From an uncultured delta proteobacterium (GTDB lineage: Bacteria > Desulfobacterota > Binatia > Binatales > Binataceae), in assembly GCA_963794325.1 (NCBI GenBank), contig CAWCDG010000006.1, positions 1-64,000 of the forward strand: a stretch of DNA of 64,000 bases, written 5' to 3'. Of the stretch, positions 35,964 to 46,144 are shown in pieces. The notes under the pieces are model-generated. The model saw only the letters and a list, made by a program, of their open reading frames with translations, made no database searches and was not told where the DNA came from. How positions within the stretch are numbered: the stretch's first letter is position 1; the number at the start of each line of letters is the position of its first letter. The translations under genes were made by a program, and so were the position numbers.

Positions 35964-36632
35964 TTATGCATTTCGAATAAGGCTGGCCAAAAGGACCACA
36001 AGAAGGGCGCCTTCGACTAAAACAATTGCACCTATCGACGCTGTGAGACACAGGAGGTCACTTGTACCAAAGATGTGAATGTTCTTTACAGCTTCCATTG
36101 CTACATACGTTATGGGCCCGAAGACGAACGTCATCAGGCAGAGCGTGACTACAATGTAGCTAATGATCTTTCCGGGGAAACCACCCATTTCGCGAAGGAC
36201 AAAAAGGCCCAAGACAAAGTCACTCGGAAGCCGGAGCTCATGTAGTCCAGTCTTACCAATAATCGGATAGCGAGAAATACTCAGGTAGTCGTACACCCCC
36301 CGCTGCAAGAGACGCATGTATCCTACGACCGACGTGGCCGCAAGCAACGCGGCTGGAACGACAAGAAATACGCGCCTGAAGAGCGAAGCATCGTGAACTG
36401 CGATTCCGTAGACGGAAACATCCGTGCTCTTTCCATAGACAACCAAATAGTATGTCACCAAAGCGCCGATGGTTAGTGCTTGATAGCTAAGGAACTGACG
36501 ATTGCTCGAGGCAAGGCTCTCGCGGACATCAGCGAGGAACTTGTCCAGCTGCGCCTCGTTATGCTCCTCGTCCAGAATTTGCCGAACGCGCTCTAGTAGA
36601 TCCAAAGCCACCCTCATAGGGTTACGGGGCAA
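35964..36632 (-). CDS. Hypothetical multi-TM protein, AT-richer than the flanks
   Basis: 222-aa ORF with about 4 hydrophobic segments and many A/T-ending codons. Confidence 0.65.
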   Translation of the reverse strand: MPRNPMRVALDLLERVRQILDEEHNEAQLDKFLADVRESLASSNRQFLSYQALTIGALVTYYLVVYGKSTDVSVYGIAVHDASLFRRVFLVVPAALLAATSVVGYMRLLQRGVYDYLSISRYPIIGKTGLHELRLPSDFVLGLFVLREMGGFPGKIISYIVVTLCLMTFVFGPITYVAMEAVKNIHIFGTSDLLCLTASIGAIVLVEGALLVVLLASLIRNA

Positions 36633-37149
36633 GCGGATGTTTTCAAGTCCTGATCGCGGGCAACTACCGCAATTCCGGCTCCTCCAGCAGCATGGACTTT
36701 GTACACTCTTGTGACAGCGTGCCGAGTGCCTAAATCGGACTGGCGAAGCTCTTTCGTGACGCTGCTCCCGAGCTGACTGTCCCTTCAGGCGAAAATCCCG
36801 ACAGTCGCAGGCTTCGTCTTATACCGCTGGCTGCGCCGGGCGGCGTTTTCGACCTTGCGTGGAGTGGTCGCAAAGCTTCTATCGGCGTTCCAGACTGGGA
36901 TCGCGTAATGGCGCACATGCTGACGACAGACGGTTCTTCAAAGAACTGAAAGCACGTTCGCATCCTTGCCTGTAAACTGAACAAAGTCCGACGATGAAAT
37001 TCGTCGGGCGGCTCTGGCGTCGATCGACTGCCACATCCACTTCTTGCCTTTGCCAGTCTTTGTAGACGTACCGCTGGCCAAATTTCGGGCCGTGTTTTTC
37101 GATCAACCGCGGGACGCCGCAAACTTTTATCTCGTGCAGGGAGGCCCCA

Positions 37150-37437
37150 ATGCGAATTTTAGTGGCCGTTTTTACACTGATGGTGTTTGCTTCGAGCGCG
37201 CGCGCCAATTGCGTCACCAACGAGCGTGGGCGGGTCGTGTGCAGCAATGGAGAAGACGCCGGCGGATATAACTCCAGGACCGGCACCGCCTGGAAATCGA
37301 CGAAAAACCAGAATGGAGTCGCTACCACTCAGACGAGCAGAGGCGGAACGGCCAAGACAAAAAATGGCAAGGGTGTATATCAGAGTCCCAATGGCAAAAA
37401 CTGTTACAAGACCGCAAACAGCCACGGCTGCAATTGA
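37150..37437 (+). CDS. Small secreted Cys-containing protein
   Basis: Signal peptide ending ARA; 4 Cys. Confidence 0.7.
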   Translation: MRILVAVFTLMVFASSARANCVTNERGRVVCSNGEDAGGYNSRTGTAWKSTKNQNGVATTQTSRGGTAKTKNGKGVYQSPNGKNCYKTANSHGCN

Positions 37438-37492
37438 AGTGCCCCAGACGAGCGGAAATTTAACCGATACGGACGAGCGGGAGGAACGACCG

Positions 37493-37960
37493 ATGAACAC
37501 TCACGGGTTGAAGCGATCGGCTATCATCGCGACCTTGGCGCTACTGCTGGCCTGCGCGACTGAATCGCGGGCACAACTTAGCAGCTATATTCCGGCAGTC
37601 CCGCAGGCGCCGCAGACGCTCACTTCGACAGCGCCGCAGCAAGCGGCCGCGGCACTCACCGGCGATCAGCAATCGGCGGCGAACAGTGCGTTATGCTCGG
37701 CGATTGGGAGTCATTTTCCGAATCCCGCCTCTGCCGGTCCATCCGCGTTAAGCGACCCGACCGTTATGACCACGGCGGCTTCGTCATTCGCTGGCAGCAC
37801 GAAACTTCCGCTCTCCAGCGCTACCGATATGCTGAAAGGCTATGTGGCGCAGCATGCCACCGACATCCTCGCTTCGTGCGCTACCACCAACGCCACGAGC
37901 GGCTTGACCTCGAAGATTCCCGGGGCCGGAAGTCTGCCCTCGGTTCCCAACATGCCCTAA
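37493..37960 (+). CDS. Hypothetical secreted protein
   Basis: GGAGG RBS; signal peptide; Ala/Ser/Thr-rich. Confidence 0.65.
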   Translation: MNTHGLKRSAIIATLALLLACATESRAQLSSYIPAVPQAPQTLTSTAPQQAAAALTGDQQSAANSALCSAIGSHFPNPASAGPSALSDPTVMTTAASSFAGSTKLPLSSATDMLKGYVAQHATDILASCATTNATSGLTSKIPGAGSLPSVPNMP

Positions 37961-38021
37961 GTTAGACGATCGATCGACGCGCTTGCAGGGCGGCGCTGCG
38001 TGCGGGCAGAGTATTTGTGGC

Positions 38022-38780
38022 ATGGCTAGTCATCCACAAGCTTCATCTTATACCGCGGCTCCGCATCGCGGGATCTTCAACCTTGCGTGGGGAGTTGTTG
38101 CGACAGTTTTGTCGGCGGCATGGACGATGATCTGCGCGACCGGGGCGGCGCTATCAGCCCTGATGAACAAGCCGCATTGGGTCACCGCGGTCACTCGGGC
38201 GTGGGGGCGCGGGATAATTGGGGTTTGCGGAATCAAGGTGGAAATCGAGGGGCTTGAGAATCTTACCGGGCTCGATCACTACGTTCTCGTTTCCAATCAC
38301 CAGAGCTTCTTTGACACCTTCGCGATCGCCGGCTTCATGCCGGGCGATCCTCGTTTCGTCGCCAAGAAAGAACTGCTCAAAATTCCGATCGTCGGCTTCG
38401 CGATGCAGCGCGGCGGGCACATCCTCATCGACCGCGAGAGTGGAGGCAAGGCAATCCGCAAGGCGATTCAGATCATCCGCAGCGGCCTCGACGTCTGCGT
38501 CTACGCCGAGGGCCATCGCTACAACGATGGCCACGTGCACGAGTTCGAAGACGGCGCGGCGTGGCTCGCGATCCTGTCAAAGTTGCCGGCGGTACCGATG
38601 TCGATAAACGGCTCAGGCCGCTTCTATCCGCGCGGCGCGATATTCGTGACGCCGGGCCTCACGATGCGCATGCGGATCGGCAAGCCGATTCCCACGGAAA
38701 ATATGCGCAGCCGTGACCGCACCGAGCTGACTCGCCGACTCGAAGAATCGGTACGCGCGACGTTCACCACCGAAGTCTGA
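38022..38780 (+). CDS. 1-acyl-sn-glycerol-3-phosphate acyltransferase (PlsC-like)
   Basis: NHQSFFD (HX4D), FVAKKEL, YAEGHR. Confidence 0.9.
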   Translation: MASHPQASSYTAAPHRGIFNLAWGVVATVLSAAWTMICATGAALSALMNKPHWVTAVTRAWGRGIIGVCGIKVEIEGLENLTGLDHYVLVSNHQSFFDTFAIAGFMPGDPRFVAKKELLKIPIVGFAMQRGGHILIDRESGGKAIRKAIQIIRSGLDVCVYAEGHRYNDGHVHEFEDGAAWLAILSKLPAVPMSINGSGRFYPRGAIFVTPGLTMRMRIGKPIPTENMRSRDRTELTRRLEESVRATFTTEV

Positions 38781-38822
38781 GTTTCCTGTTGCCCTGACGG
38801 GCGCGGACGTGGCAGATCGATC

Positions 38823-40437
38823 ATGGCGTCCGAGGAGGATCGAATCATGGCAGCCGCATCGATGCCCAAAGAGTCATCTGCGTATCCAGTGGTAGAAACC
38901 GCTTGCGGTAAGGTTCGCGGGGTTGCCGCGAACAACGTCAGCAGCTTCAAGGGGATTCCGTATGGCGCTTCGACCGCCGGGCGCAATCGCTTCATGCCAC
39001 CGGTCGCGCCCGTCGCCTTGGGCGGGCGTGCGCGATGCGCTCAGCTATGGCCCCACTGCGCCGCAGAATCCGTCGTCGATGCGCGGCTTGGTCGATCCGC
39101 GTAGCGGGTTCGCGGCATACGGCGATCCCGACGGCATCATCGAAAGTGAGGATTGCCTCGTCCTCAACGTCTGGACCAGTGATGCGAGCGAAAGTCGTCA
39201 GCGGCCGGTAATGGTCTGGCTGCATGGCGGCGGCTTCCAGGCTAGCTCGGGCTCGCCGCCGATCTATGACGGAAGCAATCTGGTGCGGCGCGGCGACGTG
39301 GTTGTCGTCAGCGTAAATCATCGGCTCGGCGCCTTGGGCTACACGTTTTTTGCCGGCGTCGGCGGTGACGATTTCAGTTCGGCGCGCAATGTTGGAAATC
39401 TGGATTTGATCGCGGCGCTGGAATGGGTCCGCGACAATATCGCGAAGTTTGGCGGCGATCCGCGCACGGTGACAATCTTCGGTGAGTCGGGTGGCGGGCA
39501 GAAAGTCTCGACGCTGCTCGCGATGCCGGCGGCGAAAAATCTTTTTCATCGCGCAGTGGTTCAGAGCGGCCCGGGATTCAGAATGAACAAGCCCGAGCAC
39601 GGGGCGAAGGTCGCCGAAATGCTGCTGACTGAGCTGGCCCTCAGCCGCGCGCAACTCCGTGAAGCGCAGACGGTAGTGGTCGAGCGCATCGTGGCAGCGC
39701 AAGCCGCGGTGCAGAGTAAGCTCGCGGCGCGCGTCCCGGGATTCATCCAGGGTTTCTCGCCGGTTGTCGACGGCGCCACCCTGCCGACCCATCCGTTCGA
39801 TCCCGCCGCGCCCGACGTTTCCGCCGGTGTGCCTCTGATCATCGGCTACAACCGCACTGAAATGACACTATTCGCCGCCGGCGATCTAAAAGCTTTCTCA
39901 CTCGATGAAGATGGGCTACACAAGCGAGCGGGTCGCCTGCTTGGACCCACTGCAGACAGCGTGATCGAGATTTTCCGCAAGGAAAATCCCGGCGCGAGTC
40001 CGTCAGAGTTGATGTTCCTGATCGGTACCGAATATCCAACCGCCGCCTATTCCAGAAAGATTGCCGAGCGCAAGGCGGCGGCGGACGGCGCGTCTGCGTA
40101 TCTCTACCGATTCGATTGGGAGACTCCCATTGCAGGCGGCCGGCTCAAATCGCCGCATGCCCTCGAGATTCCGTTTGTGTTCGACAACACCGCGTTGGCT
40201 CCGCGCCTGGCGCCAGACCGGCCGGACGTCCACGCACTCGCGCATGCAATGAGCGATCGATGGATTGCGTTTGCACGCAGTGGAGATCCGAACACCGGCG
40301 AAACGCCTCGATGGCCGGCCTATAACGCGTCGGATCGCGCGACAATGATCTTCAACAGCGCATGCAGGGTCGAGAAAGATCCCAATCGCGCGGAACGGCA
40401 AGCGATCGACAACATCCTGTTCGCGCCGCGCACTTGA
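38823..40437 (+). pseudogene. Type-B carboxylesterase with a frameshift near 39010
   Basis: N-terminus (ETACGKVRG, FKGIPYG, RFMPP) in 38823..39104; EDCLVLNVW, HGGGF and FGESGG in 38923..40437. Confidence 0.85.
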
Positions 40438-40446
40438 TCGAGCGCT

Positions 40447-40647
40447 TTACGAGAACAGATCGCCGACCAGATGGAACGGGTACATAATCACCGAGCCGAC
40501 ACCGTCGAGCACTGAGCCAACCGTGTTGGATGTGGAATTTGTTACCTCATTCGTGGTGTGCTCGGCCTGCTGCGACGCGCAACCTGAAGCGGCAAAAAGC
40601 GCTCCCGCGACCAATAAAACAGGCAGAATTTGTTTTTTCTTCGACAT
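40447..40647 (-). CDS. Small lipoprotein
   Basis: MSKKK...LFAASGC lipobox. Confidence 0.7.
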   Translation of the reverse strand: MSKKKQILPVLLVAGALFAASGCASQQAEHTTNEVTNSTSNTVGSVLDGVGSVIMYPFHLVGDLFS

Positions 40648-40728
40648 AGGAAAATTCTCCATGAGACGAACTTTCGTTCGTCCATGTAAAATTGAGCAAA
40701 TCCTGTGCCCGCGACTGCTCAGTTCCGG

Positions 40729-41085
40729 TCAGGCTTTGCGATCGAAGATAAAGAGCGGAACCTGATTCGCGAATTTGGGATCGATCGTCAGGATACGGCG
40801 CCCTGACTCGATTTCAATTCCACCGGCATCGAGACCGGCGATGTGAAAATTCGCCACGACCTGATCGACGTCTTCCGCCTCGAGCCATAGACCGATCATT
40901 CCCTCGCTCGACGAGTCGATGGTGGCGCCGGCCACGAGACGAATCTCCGCGCCGCCGACTTTCACCGACGCCGATTTCCCGTCCGCCGACCGGGTTACTG
41001 AAAACCCGAAATTCTTTTCGTAGATCGAAGATGCGTCCGCGAGATCCGTGGTCGCGACTTCGAGAGTGTCGAGGCGCTTGATCAT
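40729..41085 (-). CDS. VOC family protein
   Basis: LEVATTDL..A...YEKNFGF, LWLEAEDVD. Confidence 0.7.
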   Translation of the reverse strand: MIKRLDTLEVATTDLADASSIYEKNFGFSVTRSADGKSASVKVGGAEIRLVAGATIDSSSEGMIGLWLEAEDVDQVVANFHIAGLDAGGIEIESGRRILTIDPKFANQVPLFIFDRKA

Positions 41086-41125
41086 CGATCCGAATCTTAT
41101 TGCGATGCTTGCAATTCTACCAGAG

Positions 41126-41157
41126 AAAAAAAACGGGGCTGGATTTCTCCAGCCCCG
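41126..41157 (-). terminator. Intrinsic terminator of the cytochrome b/c operon
   Basis: CGGGGCTGGA/TCCAGCCCCG followed by T8 on the minus strand. Confidence 0.8.
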
Positions 41158-41186
41158 CGCTATTCACGAGTCTTTCGCTTTTGCGA

Positions 41187-41897
41187 CTAGCCCTTTGGCT
41201 TCATCGAGAAATTCGTTGTCGCCGTCGCGCCGTCTTTCACGCTGGCTTTCTGATCGTCGGTGCCCAGCTTTTCCTGCCACACTTCGACAGTGTAATCGCC
41301 CGCCGGGACATCCTTGATCGTGTAGTTGCCCTTGTCATCGGTCACCGCGAAGTACGGAGTGTCGGTCGAGACCCACCATCCGTGCATCCAGCTGTGCGCA
41401 TCGCAGGTAACTTTGATCACTTCCGGCTTGTCGATTTTCTGCTCGATCACTTTCTTGAACTTGGGCTGCGCCATGTTGAACGAAGGATTCGCGGTCGAGT
41501 AGGTGTGGATGTTGTGCAGAATCCCGTCCGAGTTCACGATTTTCACGGTGCTGCCGGCCGGAAACGCGAGCACGTGCGGCACGTAGTCGCATCCCTTTTG
41601 ATCGAAGGTCACATCGCCGGGCTTCATATCGCCCTTGGCGCCCTTCACGATTACGACTGCGTTGGCGATTCCGCCGTCGCTGCCGACGATCAGGTCTTCC
41701 TGGAAGTGCTGATGAAGCCCGCAGACTTCCTTGTCCTTGGTCACTTCAACCGGCTTGGGCGCAGGCGCCGTGCCGTCATACTTCACCGTTCCGCTAATCG
41801 TGCCGCCGGCAGCGCTCGCGAGGCTGGCGCCGACGCTGATGCTGAGCGCGACACCGGCGCACGCCGCCAGTACAACTCGAATCTTTTTCATTACCAT
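41187..41897 (-). CDS. Secreted carboxypeptidase-regulatory-like / cupredoxin-like protein
   Basis: Signal peptide; DQKGCDYVPHV, HNIH, CDAHSWM (candidate type-1 Cu ligands); YTIKDVPAGDYTV. Confidence 0.75.
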   Translation of the reverse strand: MVMKKIRVVLAACAGVALSISVGASLASAAGGTISGTVKYDGTAPAPKPVEVTKDKEVCGLHQHFQEDLIVGSDGGIANAVVIVKGAKGDMKPGDVTFDQKGCDYVPHVLAFPAGSTVKIVNSDGILHNIHTYSTANPSFNMAQPKFKKVIEQKIDKPEVIKVTCDAHSWMHGWWVSTDTPYFAVTDDKGNYTIKDVPAGDYTVEVWQEKLGTDDQKASVKDGATATTNFSMKPKG

Positions 41898-41996
41898 TTT
41901 CCTCCTGGGAAGTTCCTGGATATTTTCAACCGGTTAAACAAACTCTCACTTTAGCGAATACTCAGTTGCCAACTCAATCAGTTAGACATTAGCAAC

Positions 41997-44792
41997 TTAC
42001 TGCTTACTCACTTTCGCTTTCGTTGGTACGGTCTCCGCATTACTCACTTTCGCCGGCACGGCCGCTACCTGGCCCGGTAGTGTCTGCCCCGGATGCATTC
42101 CGAACCAGAATATGTAGTCACGCAGCGCGCGGATTTGCGCATCCTGATTGCCGCCGAGGATGTCGTCGGGACCGCCGGGATAGAATGACGGCATATGGGT
42201 TCCCGGCTGTATCGCCGACGGATTTGCGATCCACTTCAGTATCCAGTCCGGATTCAAACGCTGATGCGCCAGCGCCAAATCAGGCGCCCATCCTGATTCC
42301 GGGCCCTCGGGCTTCTTGTCGCCCTGCTGATGGCAGCTGAAACAGTTGAAATAATCCTTCGTCATCAGCTTCGCACCCGCCTGCAACTCGGCCGGCGGCA
42401 CCAGGTTGGTGTCGATGAACATGTAGGTCACGTTCACGTCCGACAGCGCCGTGAAGTAGTTGACGATCGTGTCGTCTTCAGTGTTGGTGAAATGGAAAGT
42501 CGGCATCCTGATCTTGAGCCACGGACGAATCGGCGTCGGACCCTGCAGGAATGTGAATAGCCACTCGGGTTGTACTTTGGCGCCCTCGCCATTGAGTATT
42601 GGCGGCGCAAAGTTGATTTGATCTTCTGGGTAGAAGCGCCGTATAAAGCCGCCACGATTCTCTACTATGTGGCAGCCGACGCAATTGTAGTAATTGACCA
42701 TTCGCCGGCCCTCGACAATCTGCGTCTGATGCTCCGAGCCGGGCATCCGATAGCGCTCCTGCACCTTGCCGTCGGTCATGCCGGCCAGGAAAACGATCAG
42801 ATTATTGACGTCGGCGTTGTCGAAATCAAAATTCGGCATCAACTGCTCGACGTCCTTGGTCTGGTAGATGCGCGGGGTCTGGAGTTTATGGAAGGTCCAC
42901 TGATCCCAGGTTTCGGGAATGTTGGTCTGGTTGCCGAAGAACAGTTCGTCGAGATGCTTGGAGCCGAAGGTCGTCAACTCGACGCCGATGCGCGACTCCT
43001 TGTCCATCCCTTCGATCTCATGGCATCCGAAGCATCCGTACTTGCGCACCAGCGCTTCGCCCTTCTTGATGTTGTCGGGATCCTTCAGCGCGACATCGAC
43101 GCCGGCGTCTTCTTTCTTCTCGCCATGCGTCATCAGGAACGCGGTCAGCGCTTCAGCTTCGTGATCGCTGAGCCGCAGCGACGGCATCGCAGTATGCGGT
43201 GAGAAATCGCGAGGATTTTTCAGCCACGTGTAGATCCACGCCGCCGAAGTTTTTTCAGCAATCTTGTCCAGGTTCGGGGCGAAGTCCTTGGTAGTGCGGG
43301 CCTCGGCTGGCTTGAAGCCCTCGGCGACGCCGACCGGTGCTCCGTAGCTGCCCGGATCGATCGCGTGGCATCCTTTGCATCCGACCGATTCGAACAGCCC
43401 CTTGCCCTCTTCGACGAACGCCGGATTCTTGATGTCGGCTTCGAGCGTCGGCAGCTCCGGATGCGCCGTCGTCCAGTCCTTGGAATTCTTGGACGAGCTG
43501 TCGAAAATAAACGCGGCCAGCTGAGTCGCCTCGTCGCGCGAGAACATGAAATTCGGCATCCGCGTGTGCGGCCGGAAGACGTGCGGATCGGTGATCCATC
43601 GCACGGTCCACGACGGGTCGAGTTTGGCCGACGCGAGTTTCAGGTACGGGCCGATCTTCGGCATGTCCTCGTAGCCCGCGACCAGATGGCATCCCGCGCA
43701 TCCCATCTGCTGGAACATGCGCTCGCCTTCGACCCAGTTCGCCGCGATCGGCTTGCCGGCGGCGTCGTGCAGCGAGGCGACGTCGATATGGCACTTGATG
43801 CATCGCGCCTGCATCTTGTCGCCGCGCAGCATCGGATGATCCCAGTCGGGATCGTCGCCGTGCGCGAGCCGCACCGAGCTGACCGCGGGCCCCTGCCCGT
43901 CATGACACGGCGTGCATCCGAGCTTGTCGGGCGGATGCTTCAAAATGATCTGCTCGAAGTTGCTATGCGTGCGGAACGGCTCGGGCGCATTCTCGAAGCC
44001 TTTCTTGTCGGCGCCCATGTGGCAGCTCTGACATCGATCGACCCGCGCGATCGCTTCGTCGAACGCATTGCGATCGAAGTCGTCTATCGCGGTTTGCTGA
44101 ATCTTCGGAATCTTCGGATACCGGAACAGGACCGTCTTGCGGAACTTGACCGGGATCATCCACGAATCGGCCTTGTCAGTCATGTCGTCGCGATTCTTGG
44201 TCAGTTTCGTCATCTGCTCGGTCAGGGTGTCGACCTTCGAATTGAGCGCGTCGATCTGATCCTTGACCGCCTGCAGATTGGCCTTGGCCTTGTCGGAGAC
44301 AACATTTTCCTGCGCCAGCTCCGCGTTCAGCTTGTCGATTTCAGCTTTGTACGGAGCCGGGTCCTGCTTGTACTGAACGGCGTGGTTGTAGTCGTACCAT
44401 CGCTCGGTCAAGAACGATTTGGTGAAACGCACCAACTGATCTTTATCGTTGGCGGTATTGTTGAGATCGACCAACTGCGCGCGCAAGTCGGCAAGCTTTG
44501 CGGATGTCGCGCCCGAGTCCAGCTCCTTCTGCGCCTCGGCCAGCGCCTTCGATACTTTCTGATATTCCGGATCGGCGTTGAGGCGCTTTTGCTCCTCGGC
44601 CGCATCGTTCATGTACTTGTCGTACGCCAGGTGGTCCCACTCGACCTGGTACTGCTTCCACGGACGGCGCGAGATGTTGTCGTCCCAAATCGACCAGACC
44701 GCGCTGACCAGCAGCACCGCTACCAGCAGCACGAACAACGCGCTATAAGATTTTCCTTCTTCGGTGGGATCTAGCCCCGGTCTGCCAGCCAT
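41997..44792 (-). CDS. Membrane-anchored octaheme cytochrome c with a coiled-coil stalk
   Basis: Eight CxxCH motifs: CQSCH, CTPCH, CIKCH, CAGCH, CKGCH, CFGCH, CVGCH, CFSCH; N-terminal TM. Confidence 0.92.
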   Translation of the reverse strand: MAGRPGLDPTEEGKSYSALFVLLVAVLLVSAVWSIWDDNISRRPWKQYQVEWDHLAYDKYMNDAAEEQKRLNADPEYQKVSKALAEAQKELDSGATSAKLADLRAQLVDLNNTANDKDQLVRFTKSFLTERWYDYNHAVQYKQDPAPYKAEIDKLNAELAQENVVSDKAKANLQAVKDQIDALNSKVDTLTEQMTKLTKNRDDMTDKADSWMIPVKFRKTVLFRYPKIPKIQQTAIDDFDRNAFDEAIARVDRCQSCHMGADKKGFENAPEPFRTHSNFEQIILKHPPDKLGCTPCHDGQGPAVSSVRLAHGDDPDWDHPMLRGDKMQARCIKCHIDVASLHDAAGKPIAANWVEGERMFQQMGCAGCHLVAGYEDMPKIGPYLKLASAKLDPSWTVRWITDPHVFRPHTRMPNFMFSRDEATQLAAFIFDSSSKNSKDWTTAHPELPTLEADIKNPAFVEEGKGLFESVGCKGCHAIDPGSYGAPVGVAEGFKPAEARTTKDFAPNLDKIAEKTSAAWIYTWLKNPRDFSPHTAMPSLRLSDHEAEALTAFLMTHGEKKEDAGVDVALKDPDNIKKGEALVRKYGCFGCHEIEGMDKESRIGVELTTFGSKHLDELFFGNQTNIPETWDQWTFHKLQTPRIYQTKDVEQLMPNFDFDNADVNNLIVFLAGMTDGKVQERYRMPGSEHQTQIVEGRRMVNYYNCVGCHIVENRGGFIRRFYPEDQINFAPPILNGEGAKVQPEWLFTFLQGPTPIRPWLKIRMPTFHFTNTEDDTIVNYFTALSDVNVTYMFIDTNLVPPAELQAGAKLMTKDYFNCFSCHQQGDKKPEGPESGWAPDLALAHQRLNPDWILKWIANPSAIQPGTHMPSFYPGGPDDILGGNQDAQIRALRDYIFWFGMHPGQTLPGQVAAVPAKVSNAETVPTKAKVSKQ

Positions 44793-44867
44793 CTGCTCTA
44801 CCTATTCCTCAGCTCCAAAAAGCCGCCGCGCGGCCGCCATCCCAATAGTCAGTCGAATAGTCAATAG

Positions 44868-45047
44868 TCATTTGCCCGCGCGAACCCACAGCCCCTCGAT
44901 AATGTAACCGGCCAGAAAAACCAGGATGCCGATTCCCGTGAACTCGTACTCGTGTCCCATCCCGTGCGGCTGCGTGATGCCGACATAGAGCGCGAACCCG
45001 ACGTCAGCGAGTCCGAGCGCCTGCAATACTTTGGCGAGGATGAACAC
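44868..45047 (-). CDS. Small two-TM protein (59 aa; the frame is missed by the ORF track)
   Basis: Hand translation MFILAKVLQALGLADVGFALYVGITQPHGMGHEYEFTGIGILVFLAGYIIEGLWVRAGK. Confidence 0.65.
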   Translation of the reverse strand: MFILAKVLQALGLADVGFALYVGITQPHGMGHEYEFTGIGILVFLAGYIIEGLWVRAGK

Positions 45048-45065
45048 GGGGTCGTCGCGGCCACG

Positions 45066-45968
45066 TCAGATGTTAATCCAGGGCGTGACCAGGATGTACT
45101 TGATGTTGAGCGCGTGCCGCAGCGCCATCTTGATAAACACGCCGGCCATCGCGATCAGCAGAAATCCCGTGATGCCGAAACGCACCGGTCCCCACTTCTC
45201 CAGAATCTCGGGACCGCCACCGGGAAACGCGGACCACGGATCGCCCGTGGGCCGCGCTCGTATCCAGAAATACAAAGCCGCGTAACCGACTACGAAGTAG
45301 CCGACTATCAGGAACAATCCGAAGAGCGCCGACGCCAGGTAGTCGCGGAAGCCGAACATGTACGGCAGATCGACGTTGGTCAAAGCCTCGACCAGGTGCG
45401 GATCCCAGACCTGGCCGGGCCAGAACCAGTTCCAGCCGGGGCCGCGGAAAAACGTGCCGATGATGATGAACGAGACCCACAAAATGTGGAAGCCGATAAA
45501 GAACGTCCAGATCTCGAACCATCGCTCGCGCAGCGTGTAGTAGCCGTTACCTTTCGGATTGATGTCGAGATACGGGATCAGCATCAGGCCGACGATGATG
45601 AAGCTCGGCAGCACCACGCCTGCGTACCACGGATCGAAGAACACCAACATTTCCTGCAAGCCGAGGAAGTACCACGGCGCCTTCGACGGATTGGGCGTGC
45701 GCGTCGGATTCGACGGCTGCTCGAGCGGCGCGTTGAGCAGCAGCGACCATACCGTCAATACGATGATCACCAGCAGCGTGATCAGGAATTCGTTGCGCAC
45801 CAGGAACGGCCAGGTGTGCAGCTTCTCTTCGACGCCGCCGCCCGCCTTTTTGATCGGTACTTCGATGCGCTTGCCGGCCGGCGCCGGCGGAGTCCGCGAC
45901 GCAGGTCCAGCACCCGCGCCCGCCGCGCGCATCACGATGCCGCCTTCGTTACCTTCGGGGCTTGCCAT
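45066..45968 (-). CDS. Cytochrome b subunit IV-like (PetD/QcrC-like)
   Basis: HTWPFLV..EF, APLEQPSNP..TPNPSKAPWYFLGLQE (APWY at the PEWY position), PYLD. Confidence 0.85.
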   Translation of the reverse strand: MASPEGNEGGIVMRAAGAGAGPASRTPPAPAGKRIEVPIKKAGGGVEEKLHTWPFLVRNEFLITLLVIIVLTVWSLLLNAPLEQPSNPTRTPNPSKAPWYFLGLQEMLVFFDPWYAGVVLPSFIIVGLMLIPYLDINPKGNGYYTLRERWFEIWTFFIGFHILWVSFIIIGTFFRGPGWNWFWPGQVWDPHLVEALTNVDLPYMFGFRDYLASALFGLFLIVGYFVVGYAALYFWIRARPTGDPWSAFPGGGPEILEKWGPVRFGITGFLLIAMAGVFIKMALRHALNIKYILVTPWINI

Positions 45969-45978
45969 GATTAATCCC

Positions 45979-46125
45979 TTAGTGAGCCGCTCCGTCGTCG
46001 TCGTCTTTCCACGGCGGCGGCGCCGCCAGCACGTACATTAGATATAGCAAGAGCAACATGCCGATCGGCACCGACAGAACGCGAACAATGCCCTGGTGCA
46101 GAAACCACGAAAATACGTCTCCCAT
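45979..46125 (-). CDS. Small single-TM protein (48 aa; not in the ORF track)
   Basis: MGDVFSWFLHQGIVRVLSVPIGMLLLLYLMYVLAAPPPWKDDDDGAAH; GAGG upstream. Confidence 0.6.
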   Translation of the reverse strand: MGDVFSWFLHQGIVRVLSVPIGMLLLLYLMYVLAAPPPWKDDDDGAAH

Positions 46126-46144
46126 CCTCAGCCTCGACTAAATC

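Noticed and set aside
44861-45064. 67-aa track ORF
   Set aside because: The overlapping frame 44868-45047 gives a far more plausible two-TM protein.
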